The notes under the pieces are model-generated. The model saw nothing but the letters and a program-made list of their open reading frames with translations, did not search any database and was not told where the DNA came from. Below are positions 13,846-26,610 of a DNA stretch of 64,000 bases, one piece after another. The translations under genes were made by a program, and so were the position numbers. The stretch spans positions 67,084,001 through 67,148,000 of the forward strand of contig OX597814.1 in assembly GCA_951406725.2 (NCBI GenBank), written 5' to 3'. The first letter of the stretch is position 1; each line of letters begins with the position of its first letter. This DNA comes from Octopus vulgaris (Eukaryota).

Positions 13846-14335
13846 TTAACCCTTTCATTACTAACCCAGCCATACCCGGCCGGAAAGTTTTTTGGTTCAT
13901 AATACCAACCCGGCTGAGAGAACCTATTGTTATTTAAATGTAAATTTGAACCCAAATCTCGTTGGTACATTCGTTAAAACATGTGATTTCACTTTGTAAA
14001 TAGTTGGCTTATAGTATCCGACATTGCTTGAAGTGATATTTCAACTCAGTGAATTTTGGGAGATTTTTTTCCACATTTTTTTCAGCATCAATTTTTCTTC
14101 AACTTCGAAAATGGATAGGAGTTTCATGTAATCATGCATTGATTCCGAATTTAAAGCTTTTTCAATAGAAAATAGGGAGGAGTGGCTGTGTGGTAAGTAG
14201 CTTGCTAACCAACCTCATGGTTCCGGGTTCAGTCCCACTGCGTGGCACCTTGGGCAAGTGTCTTCTGCTATAGCCCCGGGTCGACCAATGCCTTGTGAGT
14301 GGATTTGGTAGACGGAAACTGAAAGAAGCCTGTCG

Positions 14336-14382
<47 letters not shown>

Positions 14383-15735
14383 GTATGTGTGTGTTTGTGT
14401 GTCTGTGTTTGTCCCCCTAGCATTGCTTGACAACCGATGCTGGTGTGTTTACGTCCCTGTCACTTAGCGGTTCGGCTAAAAGAGACCGATAGAATAAGTA
14501 CTGGGCTTACAAAGAATAAGTCCCGGGGTCGATTTGTTCGACTAAAGGCGGTGCTCCAGCATGGCCGCAGTCAAATGACTGAAACAAGTAAAAGAGTAAA
14601 AAGAGAGAGATATTGAGAAAAAGAATGAAATAGGTACTAAAGCACGTGGTGTACAAAATAATGAATAGGATTTTTTTTTTATCCGAAAATGAAAGCAGCG
14701 ATTCTGAAGAAACAAAGCGGCGATGGCGACAGCAAAGACGATTTTACATCGGAATGAAGTAAAAAAATTAAAAAATGTTTTTATTAGCAATTTTTCTGAG
14801 GAGATAAAGTTTATCTATAGCCTTTCTTAGGAAGTGAAACCATTAGACTTTTATTTTTTTTAGTATGCTAGTTTGAAGTGATCACTTCGAAAACAAATTT
14901 ACGCAGATTGTAAACAAACCCAAAATGGGGTATCAAAGTTTGGAAAATTTGTGAAGCAAATACTGGGTACTGTTGTGGATTTAATTTTTATACAGGGAAA
15001 CTAATGTTAGTCAGCATGGCTTAGGGTACGATGTGGTCTGGAAGTTATTGTTTGAAGCGATCACTGCAGAAACAAACTTACGCAGAATGTAAACAAACAC
15101 AAAATGGGGGATCAAATTTCGGAACATTGGGTACTGCATGGATTTAGTTTTTATACAGGGAAAATAATGTTAGTCAGCATGGCCTAGGGAACGATGTGGT
15201 CTGGAATTTATCACTTCCATACCATAACCAGGGCCGTATATTATTTTTTTACCGATTTCTTTAGTTCGGTCAAACTTTCAGTGGATTCCAGTATTTCAGT
15301 TTATTCCACCTTTATGGTACACCTGTTGTGCATTAAATTCAACTGATGATCTAGTGATGTGCACAATTCTTCTTTATCAAAATTTTGTTGCATACCCATT
15401 TGAATATTAGCTGATGATTCATTTTCTATGGTGATGTTTAAACAAAATTTTTATATTTTTACCTTTTGCTCAATTTAAAATTTTAATATTTTTACCTTTT
15501 GCTCAATTTACCTGGATTTACCTGTAATTAAAGTCACTTTGAGACAAAAGTTATGCAATAGAATTGATTAAGAACCCTTTCTTTAATTATGTTCCAAATA
15601 TCACATTAATATGTTGATAAGTAAAGAAGTTACAGTTATTTAATGAAACAAGCCTAAATTCATGATTATTTTAGAATTTAATTGAAACTCATGAGGGGTG
15701 TATTTTGGTCAGAAATATAGTAACGAAAGGGTTAA
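13846..15735 (+). mobile_element. Non-autonomous piggyBac deletion derivative with a nested SINE and an internal ~170-bp tandem duplication
   Basis: TTAACCCTTTCATTAC...GTAACGAAAGGGTTAA ends; internal FEAITAETN remnant (piggyBac IVxETNRYA motif) duplicated at about 14872 and 15051. Confidence 0.85.
14176..14610 (+). mobile_element. Young tRNA-derived SINE inserted in the piggyBac element
   Basis: GGAGTGGCTGTGTGGTAAG...GGTTCAGTCCC head, CpG-rich body, internal (TA)n, tail ACTGAAACAAGTAAAAGAGTAAAA. Confidence 0.9.
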
Positions 15736-15985
15736 GCCTTTTATTACCAACACAACTGAGATTGGTTCAAGATATCTCTTCATATCTAAAACAAAATTCT
15801 GACATAGATTTTATTATTGCATTAGTGAATATATACAATTCCATAATAAACAGTATCCAATGTTTTTATGACAGGAATTTAGTGTTCAAATATTACGGAT
15901 ATTTATTCACCATATTTGTTTCACCTTACATATACAGTGACCAGCGATGTGTAACAACATCTGATAGTCTGGTTGGTCATGCGAA

Positions 15986-16030
<45 letters not shown>

Positions 16031-16845
16031 CACACACACACACATTCATACTCGTTCAATCCTTTCTACAACATTGTACCTTTTTGTAAAATGGATACCA
16101 GCTTTAGTTTCTGTAGTAGCAATTCTGAATCAGGATTTCAAAGTTAGATTAAACAGTTGCAAATGAAAGAGCCAATAAGCTTGATAACCACATGAACTCC
16201 AAATTGGAATAGTTCTGATTTTGGCAGATGAATTGGCTCTGATATTGATAGTGAAAAAGTGAAAGTGAGAATGCTATAATTCTGATTATCAAGTAAAGTA
16301 AAACATTGAAAAACCACTCTCTTCAAAATCTTTCAGAAGAACTGGACCAAATCACTGAACTCTGAATAAACCAAAAGCCACTGACTATTTCCTTTTATTT
16401 ATGCAGAGTTAGTTATTCTAGGGCAAACCAATATGCAGAATAAAAACAAGGAAAGAAAAGGGCACTTATGGATTCCTATATGGTAATTTAGTCATAAACA
16501 TAATAATAACATATTGGTGACCCCTATATTTCAAGTATGACACAAACAGGATTTTAAAAGCTTATTTTCTTAAATATGACCCTAGCAGTCCTAAGTCTTA
16601 TTTTAAGTCCCCTTCTGGACACTATATAAAAGACATTTAAGTCCTATTATAAACCACAGAATATATAAACCATAGGCAAAATAACAATAAAATATTAAGG
16701 GTGAATACATTGCTGTTAAGATGTGCCCAAATGGGTAGTAAAAGTATGGAAGGCATAGGCATTATTACTGCAAAACAAACAAAAATAACTTTTTAACAAC
16801 TTTTTAGTTTTCACACTTGTAGAGGACTTAGAAGATGTGACAACA

Positions 16846-17362
16846 TACAGTGTGATGGGTAAATTTTCACCATCTTATATTTTTAATTTCACACATGGGC
16901 ATTGTTTGTTTCTGATTTTGTAGACTACACAGTATTGTAGAGTCAGTCAGGCACTGTCTGTGAGAAGAACAGCACCATGATGCAATTCACTCTGTCAGAA
17001 ATTTGGAAACGACATGCTGTACTGCTTGGCATTCATGCTGGAAGCTCCAATATGAATATTTCAGAGTGATTGGGTGTCAATCTGAAGACAGTGCAGAGGA
17101 TTCAGAAAGAGTTGGATGAGTCTAATGGTAATTACAAAGATACAGCAACTTGGAAAACTCACTCTGATCATTCTGATAAGAAAAGAACTCCTGAGTTTGT
17201 TGGTGAGATACAGGCCATGGATTGACTATGAGCCTTCCAACCCCAAAACATGTACTAAGAGTGATGAAAATAAAACATCCAGTCAACATCATGGTGTTTG
17301 GAGTGATCACAAGTGATGGCAATGTTATGCCTCCATTCATTGCTCCACACAGCCTCAGACTC
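16846..17362 (+). mobile_element. Tc1/maT-like transposon 5' fragment
   Basis: TA-CAGTGTG start; aaaataaaacatccagtcaacatcatggtgtttggagtgatcac shared with about 28180-28225 and inverted at about 18960-18987. Confidence 0.75.
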
Positions 17363-17365
17363 TTC

Positions 17366-17505
17366 ATGTAGTAAACTAAGCCTGAACAAGATGGCTTTCT
17401 GTTACACGCTTGAAAAACTTAAAGTTGCATGGAGTCAAATGAAACTGTTTTAAATAATAATACATGTAACTCCTGCTAAATGTGTTAAGTACCTTTTTCA
17501 TTCAT
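17366..17505 (-). repeat. Dispersed copy of the left arm of the 28832-29363 foldback
   Basis: Reverse complement of about 28797-28930 (gaaaaagg...tttagcaggagttacatgtattattatttaaaacagtttcatttga). Confidence 0.85.
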
Positions 17506-17519
17506 ATATCCACACAGTC

Positions 17520-18050
17520 ACATCAACTTCAGTGCTCAAATAGTACTTTATTTTACTGTCCCTGAAAGGATGAAAGGCAAAATCAACCACAGTAGAATTT
17601 GAACTCAGAATATTAAGAGCCAGAAGAAATGCTGCTAAGCATTTTGTTAGCTCGCTGCCTTAATAATAATATCTAACACAGATATAAAGCCAAAAAGTTT
17701 TGAGGATAAATACAATTGATTTGATTGCCTCCAGTACTTGACTCATACTTATTCTATTAATCTCAGAAGGATGAAAGCAATCAACTCCAACAGAATTTGA
17801 ACTCAGAATATAAAAGAATGAGACTAAACACAATGCACCTTGTTCAACGTTGTTAATTCTACTATTTATTCTCACAAGGGATCAGTTGATTCTATGAAGC
17901 CCAGCATTTGACCTGTACTTCATCAATCTCATGAAAGATGAATGGTAAAATTAATCTCTGCAGGATTTAAACTCACAATGTAAAGAACCAGAACAAATAC
18001 TACGAGGTATTTAGTGTAGCAATCCAATAATTCTTTCTTTCAACCATCCA
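17520..18050 (-). mobile_element. Cluster of short SINE fragments (same family also at 20200-20640, 22870-23330, 40590-40770, 42975-43200)
   Basis: Repeated ggtacttattt...gaaggatgaaaggcaaagtcaac...agaatttgaactcagaa motif; it is the reverse complement of the SINE at 53512-53723. Confidence 0.75.
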
Positions 18051-18059
18051 CTTATTCTG

Positions 18060-18900
18060 CACAATATTCCTGGGAGAGTGGTAATAGGGGATAGAGTCCT
18101 CAGGCAGCTTCCTCTATAGAATCCTATCAGAAGCAACTGTCATAAACCTTTCAGGCTGGATTCCTAAGCATGACTATGGATATTATCCAACAATCTTATT
18201 CATAGTTGACCTCTAAGTGTCCAATCAGTTGGCTCAGTTTGAAGAGTCTGTCATGCAATTCTTTCCTTTGACACTCTAATGGCATATTCATAGTATGGGA
18301 GCAGTGATCCCTCAATGCAGAGTAATAGCTTGGCCTGGGGAGACTCTCTGATCACTACGATACACTCCCTATCAAGTAATGTTATTCCAGAGATCCTGTC
18401 ACATGTATTCTTAATTGCATGTTTTCAATCATTACCCAACATTCAGAGCCATAGGTGAAGATAGGCATGAAAAACAAATTGAAGAGAACAAGTTTGGCTT
18501 TTTTTAATCAATCTTTCCTTTTCTGAGGATAGAATTCTGAAGCTGGTCCACTACTGTGCCAACACCTGCAATTCTAGCATCAAGTTCAGCTTCCTGCTTC
18601 CCATCAATCATAAATACAGCTCAGAGATTCTTAAGCTTCTGGGAAGACTTTCTTGAGAGGAACAATGTATCAGTCTTCACAACACTACCACTAATCCATT
18701 CGGTGCATGCTGGAGATCACCTTCAGATGAGCCAGGTAGTACCATGTTGTCCACAAATATCAGCTGACCAATCCTACACTCACTGATTGTGATACCACTT
18801 CTACAACAGTTGTGCATATCAATCAAATTTATAAAAGTTATAAAAAGAAGAGGCAACAATATGTCCTTCTACTGATGTCCAACATCCATATTGAAAGGTT
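18060..18900 (-). mobile_element. Decayed LINE reverse-transcriptase fragment
   Basis: ORF 18677-18859 PLLFITFINLI...IGQLIFVDNMVL..SSEGDLQ resembles RT motifs 4-5 (FADD decayed to FVDN). Confidence 0.7.
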
Positions 18901-19519
18901 TCAACTTAGCACCACTTAAACACAAACATTCATAACAATGAATGGAGGCATAACATTGCCATCACTTGTGATCACTCCAAACACCATAGAGACTTCATGG
19001 CAAACCAAAAGTTGACCACTAATCTCAAACTTTTGCAGAATTAGAACTCAGAACATGAAGACAACATAGTTACATACTATTTTTCAAGGTCTGCAAAGCA
19101 AGCATACACCTCTTGGAGATATTTCCACAATTTCTCAAAGGCCTACTGAAGATTAAATCATTTGGTTGGTTGTGCTGCATCCAGGTAAGCCACATTGTTC
19201 TTCAGTTGGTTTGAGCTTGAAAATTTCACATTTTTCTTCAAGACACCTAGTGTAGATGTTACTAGAAAGGCTCAGCAAGGAGACGCCTCTCTATTTAAAA
19301 AAACTCTCTCATGTTTCCCTTTTTAAAAATTGTGATTATTGCTCTGGAAAGCAATTGCTTTGGTGTCTCTCCAGACCAAGTCGTCCAGAATACACAAATC
19401 AGCCTGAGAAAAATTTCTCTATTTAAAGCTTTTAACATCTCAGGCTAAATTTCATCCTCCCCAATGGCTTTGCCATATTTGAGCCTGCCAAATAATAATA
19501 ATAATAATGATAATGATAA

Positions 19520-20200
19520 TAATGTGTCAGGATTATAAAATCAAATCTGCTGACAAATGGTACAAGCACCACCCTAAGGCTCTAACTGAGGGAGAAAATA
19601 TTATGATTCTTAGGGACTTTTCAGTATGTAGAGAATAGACCATCACAGCAAATAAACCAGATATTGTTGTGAAAGACCAAAACAATAAAGTCTGTTTATT
19701 ATTGATTGACACAAGCATATCCTGTGACCATAATATCTTGGCAAAAGAATTTAAGCTCAGAAAATATATAGATTTGCTAATTGAAATCAAAAAGCTGTGG
19801 CATTTCAAGACAGTTACAATACCAGTGATTGTAGGAGCACTTGAAATGATCAAAAAAGGAACTGAAAATTATTTAAGAATGATTCCTAGCTTACCACCCT
19901 TGTAATAAGTGCAGAAGATTGTCTTAACTGGTACATCACACATACTGAGAAGAGCCCTGTCACTGTGAATTTTATTTCCTTTTTTTTCCCTTTATTTTTT
20001 TGTTTACTTAATTTTTTATTTCTTCCTTTTTCTGTCTTTCTTCCCCTTTTTCTCTGTCACATGACTTTGTAAATGAAGAATCTGGTGTGTTTATTTTAAT
20101 GGCCTACCAATGTATACAGTGAGTTTCCCTGCCCTAGGTGTCAGGAAGACATTCAGCAATAAATGGAAACAGAATTGAATGAAGATAATAATAATAATAA
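19520..20200 (+). mobile_element. R4/Dong-like REL-endonuclease LINE 3' end between (TAA)n tracts
   Basis: WYKHHP...ANKPDIVVKD...CLLLID...KYIDLLIEIKKLWH...IPVIVGAL...QKIVLTGTSHILRR (PD..D REL domain); (TAA)n on both sides. Confidence 0.85.
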
Positions 20201-20636
20201 TTTCAAATTTTGGCAAAAGGCCAGCAGTTTCAGGGGAGAGAGTAAGTTGATTACACCGACCCCAGTACTCAGCTGGTACTTATATTATCAACCCCAAAAG
20301 GATAAAAGGCAAAGTCAGCCTTGGCACAATTAGAAACCAGAACATGAAGACAGATGAAATACCACTAAGCATTTCGCCTGGAATGCTAACAGTTCTACCA
20401 ACTTGCTGCCTTAGCAGCAGCAGTAGTAGTAATCTGTTCTACTAAGGTCACAAATTTTGGGAGGAAGGCTACTCAATTACATTGACCCCAGTGCTCAACT
20501 GGTACTTATTTTGTCAATTCCAGAAGGATGAAAGGCAAAGTCAACCTCAGCAGAATTTGAACTTGGAATGTAAAAACAGATGAAATACCACTAAGCATTT
20601 TGTCCAGCATGGTGATGATTTTGCCAGTTTGCTGCC

Positions 20637-22249
20637 TTATAATGAGCGTTATGTCCATCTGTTCCCTCTTCACGATCAAATAGCTGGACTAGTGGTCATG
20701 ATGTTTTTCAGGATTACAAAGGAGGTGATCAGGAAGGATTTTAGTGAAAAAATGTGAACAAGTATGATATTTAGTGGATATTGAGTTTTGTATTAATAAA
20801 TCACATTTGATTTTTTTTTTTTGTTAAAATTCCGGCAATGAGGATTAACTATGGACTTCCCCCATGTATAGTTCGTGAATTTAGAAGGTTTGAATTTGCA
20901 ATACTATCTCTTTATTTCCCATCGTAGATGGGCAGATTTGCCATCTTACTATAATGGGCATTATGTCTGTCTCTTTGTCTGTTCCCTCTTCACGACCAGA
21001 CGGCTGGACCTATGGTTACAATATTTTTCAGGATTATGAAGGAGATTGTCAGGAAGGTTTTTTGCATTAAAAAATCAGAAAATATGATTATTTCATGGAC
21101 ATCGATTTTTGAATTGATAAAGCACCTTCACATTTTTATTAAAAATTCACTGAACACGAGTTAACTCTGAATTTTCATCATATAGTTTGTGGCCCCATCA
21201 TAGATACAAAGGGGGTTGTGAAAACAGTTAACAGTAAAGATAAAATAGAAAAAGTATGTGCCAGTATATAGTGTGTGTGATTATTTAGTGGTTATTGAAG
21301 TATTTCAGTCATATTATCCAATTGTCATTAAGATTATTATTACTAGCAAATCTACACATCTACAATGGAGGTATAAAATTAGGAACGGAAGTCATAACAG
21401 CAGTATGTATTGAGAAATGTGTAAATGGACTTGATAGATTACTGGGTGATGTCTTAGAGGATTTGAAATGGCTAATCGAAGCAGCTGTTGTTTACATTTC
21501 AGTTTTGTCAATCAAAATAACCCATGGTACCAGAACATCCAGACATTATTTACATAGAACAGCAAGAGGTAAGTTTGATCTTTTGCAACCCTAAAGATTC
21601 TGCTTGCACATTCACAGCAAACAAAGCACAGGGCCAGACTTTAGATTGTGTAGGCGTATTTTTATACAGATGTTTACACATGGTCGATTACCCACTCCTA
21701 TGTTTACACAGTTATATGTTGCTATGAGTAGAGCAATGAACTCCAGTAATTTGGAAATTAGTGTTAACCAAACAGAAAATATCATCTACAAAGAAGTTTT
21801 GTAATCATATTGAAGTTATTGAAAGGAATATGATTTATAATTTAAATAAAGAAATTTGTGAACTTTAAATGTATAAGAGTATAAACAAGCATAAAATAGT
21901 GTAAACAACTAAAATAAAAGTATATCTAAATAACATTGTTTTTCTTAATACTTTTTATGTAGTAGTCAAAGGAACCTCTTGTTTTCATTAAGAGTGGTCC
22001 ACAACCATTCATGATACAGAGGCTAGGAGCCTGTTTCAGTTCGGGAGTGAATCATCATCACATGTCACTTAGTCACAAACTCATGCCATGTAGCTGCAAT
22101 AGAATGCTGTATCACCAACAATAATGTGATTTCTCTAAGACATCACCCAGTAATCTACCAAGTCCATTTACACATTTCTCAATACATACTGCTGTTATGA
22201 CTTCCCTCCCTAATTTTATGCCTCCATCGTAGATAGGTAGATTTGCTAG
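20637..22249 (+). mobile_element. Helitron nest: tandem non-autonomous units, helicase remnant, inverted 3' end
   Basis: A|TC start at 20944; subterminal hairpin CCCATCGTAGATGGG (20918-20932); hairpin plus CTAG|T end at 22246-22249; NKAQGQTLDCVG...THG..QLYVAMSR...ENIIYKEVL PIF1-like helicase C-terminus at about 21600-21804. Confidence 0.85.
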
Positions 22250-22299
22250 TAATAATAATCTTAATAACAATTGGATCATATGACACAAGTCTAAACTCC

Positions 22300-22700
22300 C
22301 ATATGAGAAGAAATAGTAGGTTGCATAAGCCTACCAAAATAGCAGAAAACATAGATATTACCATTCTTTGGAACTTTAGTAGTCAAACCAATCATGCTAT
22401 ACAGGATAATAGATCAGATATTGTGAAAAAAATTGCATTCGCAGAACGTGTCCACTCCAGATAAGTAACACGTCAATAAAAACATTTGAAAAGTTAAGAT
22501 AATAATGACCTTGAAACAGAGGTTTCAAAAATGTAGCATCAGAGAACAGCAATTGTACCTGTGATCATTGGCAATTTGGGAAGAATACCAAGACGCATCC
22601 TTAAACTCTAAAGTCAAATATCAGGAAACCCAAAAGTATCAGAACTGCAAAAATTGTTCTCATGAGCACTGCCCACATCCCAAGGAAAACATTGTGAACT
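22300..22700 (+). mobile_element. Decayed R4/Dong-like REL LINE fragment
   Basis: ENIDITILWNFSSQTNHAIQDNRSDIV...IVPVIIGNLG, similar to 19520-19970. Confidence 0.7.
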
Positions 22701-23954
22701 TGAAAATACCCGATTCTCTTAAAACTCTTTCAAAACTGAAATATTTCAAATACAACAGAATCTTAGTTTGCAGATTCTGCTCTCCTTCCAGTACAATGTA
22801 TCACTACTAATCATAACACCCATAGTAAAACAACCAGCTTAATGTTGTTCTATATTTAAACAAATCCTTTCTGCTATAGGCACATGACCTGAAGTAGCAA
22901 GTCAATTACATCAATACCAGTACTTGACTAATACTTAATTTATCAACCCTGAAAGGATGAAATGCAAAGTCAACCATGGCAGAATTTGAACTCAGAACCT
23001 AAAGACAGATGAAATGCCACTATACATTTTGTCTGGCGTACTTATAATTCCATCAGTTCACTGCCTTAACCATAATAATAATTTCTAACATCTGCAGAAA
23101 GCCAAAAATTCGGAGGAGATGGGAGTAATTTAAGAAGGAAAGGCAAAGGGTTTGGAATCAGAATTCAAAGACCTGGAACAAATATTGTAAAGTATTATTT
23201 GGCCCAGTATTCTAATGATTCTCTTAAATAACGATAGTTGCTTCTAACATAGACACAATGGCTACAAATATTGGGGTAGGAAGTTCCTCGATTAAACTGA
23301 CTTCAATATTTGACAGGTACTTACATCCACAAACACACATTTGGATTACCTAAGTAAATAAAGTATTAGAAATAAATCAGAAAGCAATGAAAGTGCAAAA
23401 ATCACAGAACTTAAACAGCAAAATATTTATAAACACAATTATATATGTGCAGAGAGAAAATTTAGTGTGATTCTCTCACATGTACAAAGCCTCACATTGA
23501 CAAATTATGGGAAATAAGATCAAATGGTTGCCATAAGGCTTTCAGAGGTATTTCATGAAATAACCTCATCCTGAAACTGAAACCATCTCAAGGAATCAAC
23601 TCATTAGAAACTGGCCTCCACTCTCCCAGTTAAAACTGTGTGTGTGTGTGTATGCGCACGTATGCATACATGTGCAGACATGGCTGTATGGTTAAGACAT
23701 TTGCTTTCTAGCAACATGGTTTCAAGATCAGTCCCGGCACATAGAACCTTAAGCAAGTTTCTTCTACTATAGCTCTAAGCCATTGAAATCTTTATCAATG
23801 GATCTGGTAGATGGAAGCTGAGATACACACACATACATTCATGTTTGTGTGTGTGTAAGACTATTCATGCTAAATTATAATAAATACAATTTAACATTAA
23901 ACTGAAGAATTACTCAATACTTTTTGTAGAGTACATAATTATATTTATACAATA

Positions 23955-24056
23955 ACAGGAGTGACAATAACTTCAAAGTTTTGACCTTCTAGCCTTTGTC
24001 AGACTGTGATGAAGGCAAGCAGGCTAAAACTTCAGTCAATGTTACTCTCTTCTTGT
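23955..24056. ncRNA. Decayed back-to-back hammerhead-like inverted pair
   Basis: Minus strand CTGACAA-AGGC..GTC-AAAAC..GTT; plus strand GTGATGA-AGGC..GCT-AAAAC-ttca-GTC; most departures from CUGANGA/GAAAC fit CpG decay. Confidence 0.45.
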
Positions 24057-26575
24057 CAAAATATAATATATACATATATATGTGTAAGTGTGTATGTGTT
24101 TGTCTCTCCTTGTCTTGACATCACATGATCGCTGCAAATGAATGTCATTCAATTTCTATATTCTGTGAAAGCTTGTCTGGCCATGGTATCAGGAAGTAAC
24201 TGGCCATAAAAAAGACTGTCTTAATAAACTCCATCCAGCCTATGGAAAAGTGTAGTTAAAATGTATGCTTAGCAACCAGATTTAGTTCCACTTTGCAACA
24301 CCCATGAACACGTGTTTTCTATGATAGCTCCAAGTTGCCCAAAGCCTTGTGAGTGGATTTGATAGACAGAAACTGAAAGGAACCCAATCGTGTGTGTGTG
24401 TGTGTGTGTGTGCTAATGTGCATGTGTATGTATCTATTTGTCTTCCCATCACCATCATAGAAGTTGTGCATGGATTTGATAGATAGAAATTGAAAGAACC
24501 CCCATTGTGTGTGTGTGTGTGTGTGTGTGTGCACGCGCACGTGTTTATGGGTCTACTTATCTTCCTGTCACCATCATAAAAGTTGTGTCATTCATTTGTT
24601 CTTCACTAAAAATATTTCTAGTCATGCTGTTTGTGTAAAGCTAAGGGGGAAATATTACTTTGCTTAAAAGCAGATGAGGGCTGGTTACAAGGAGAGTTTG
24701 ATTTAGATGAATTTCATCAAAATCATGGAAACATCAGAAACCAGAATCAGTTGTCAAACTTATGATTTAAGTTGTTCCAAACATTTTGCCTGGCACAATT
24801 CATTTTGAACCACTTTATCCACTGTCTTTCTTGGCTAAAACGGTAATTTGATTTAGGGGACATTTGGCTGCTATCTCTAGCATATTAAGCTTACATGAAG
24901 TAATTCCCATTGATTCACGTCTATTAATTTGTTGCACAAAAAATAGGATATCTTGATTTTTTTTTTTAATGTCGTTTTTTAAACTGCTTAAATTAAACAT
25001 AAGTGAAATCATATATATATAAAGTCAATTCTTTAACACCCACTTTTCTGTGATTGCAAGATATAAATGAAATAAATGAGGTAAAAACTTATTGTTTGAA
25101 ATTTACGTTAGGTGAATGCATTTTTCTCCAAGTTTGCGGTAACTTGTTTAAATTTTGTTTTTATATTTAAAATAAAATAACAGTGCTCAAAGCAATATCA
25201 GGCCTCACAAGACTGGGTTGCAGGTTAATAGTTGACAGAAAACACAGGAAAAAAGATGTAATGAGAGAATCCAAGGAGCCAAGAAAATGCAACAGATATA
25301 GTGAGAGAAGAAGAGGCTAAAAGAGGTATGTTTAGATGGGTGCTGTATATAATTAGTCAATTAAGAAAAGTAGAGACAAAGGGAGGAGACAAAGAGGTTA
25401 GTACAACTTATACACCAAAATTATCTATTCATAATTGTCTTTATTCACAAAAGAATTGAAACAGTTCCAAACCAAACAAAATTGTAAATACTATGAGAGG
25501 TTTCTTTTCAGAGCCTCATCTTATAGATATTTCATCAACTGAAAACTACTTCTTTCAGAAGTTACTACATACTTAGATCAAAATACTGATTACATAAAGT
25601 AATCATGTATGCATAAAGTAGCAAGGCTGGCATGAAAGTGTATTCTGAAAAAGTGTCAATGAACACCAATAAGCATTCAGATCATAACTATTTTATGTAA
25701 ATTGCAACCAAAAAAACAAAAAAAAAATTTTTTTATGGATTTTAATACTGTCTTCTTGACAAGTTTAATCATTCCAAGTTGATAAACTTTGTTTTAAAAG
25801 AAACCAGCTAATTATTAACAGTACAGAGTTTGTTGTATTTTGCACCCATCTAAGAGTTTGTTGTATTATACCTGTCTTTAGGCATTTTAGTAAATAAACT
25901 TGTTTGAACTGAAATCCATTAGTTATGATTTTAAAGCAGTACCTTTGGGATAGGTACAAAATCACATTTGCAGGGAGTTGAAATAAGTGATAATGTTTAT
26001 GCTACCCTTAAAAACAATTTGTAGCATAGATGAAATAGTTTTAACTGTGAATCTAAACCATGTCACAAACTAGTTGGAGCTTAACATGTGCTCAACAGAT
26101 CACAAGATTTCAACATACTTATACAAATTTCATTTTATGAGGCCCACTCACAGTATAAGGACAAATCCAAATGGTTTTTTTTCAAACTTACTTTATAAAA
26201 CGTCATATTGAGAAAATTATTTAGGTCCTTGATTAACATGAGATTAAACACATTAGCTTTTTTTATTTTTATTAAATCTATTATTTCACATCAATAATTT
26301 ATAAACAATGGCATTATTTCTATTACAAAAAATATTGAAGGAAAGAATGTAAGAGAAAGAAATGAACCATTTTATTTGTAAGACTGAATAAAAAATCAAA
26401 AGTGCCATCTCACTACCACACATATGTGTTTACCACGTACATTTGAGAACATAAACTGTCCCACCTTTCGATATTACATTCCATTCTTATAGAATGATTC
26501 CCATTTCCTTTTGAGTTAGGTAGTATTTTACAGAAAAGAAAATAAGCAGCATATCTTTTGAAAGAAGCAATTAAA

Positions 26576-26610
<35 letters not shown>

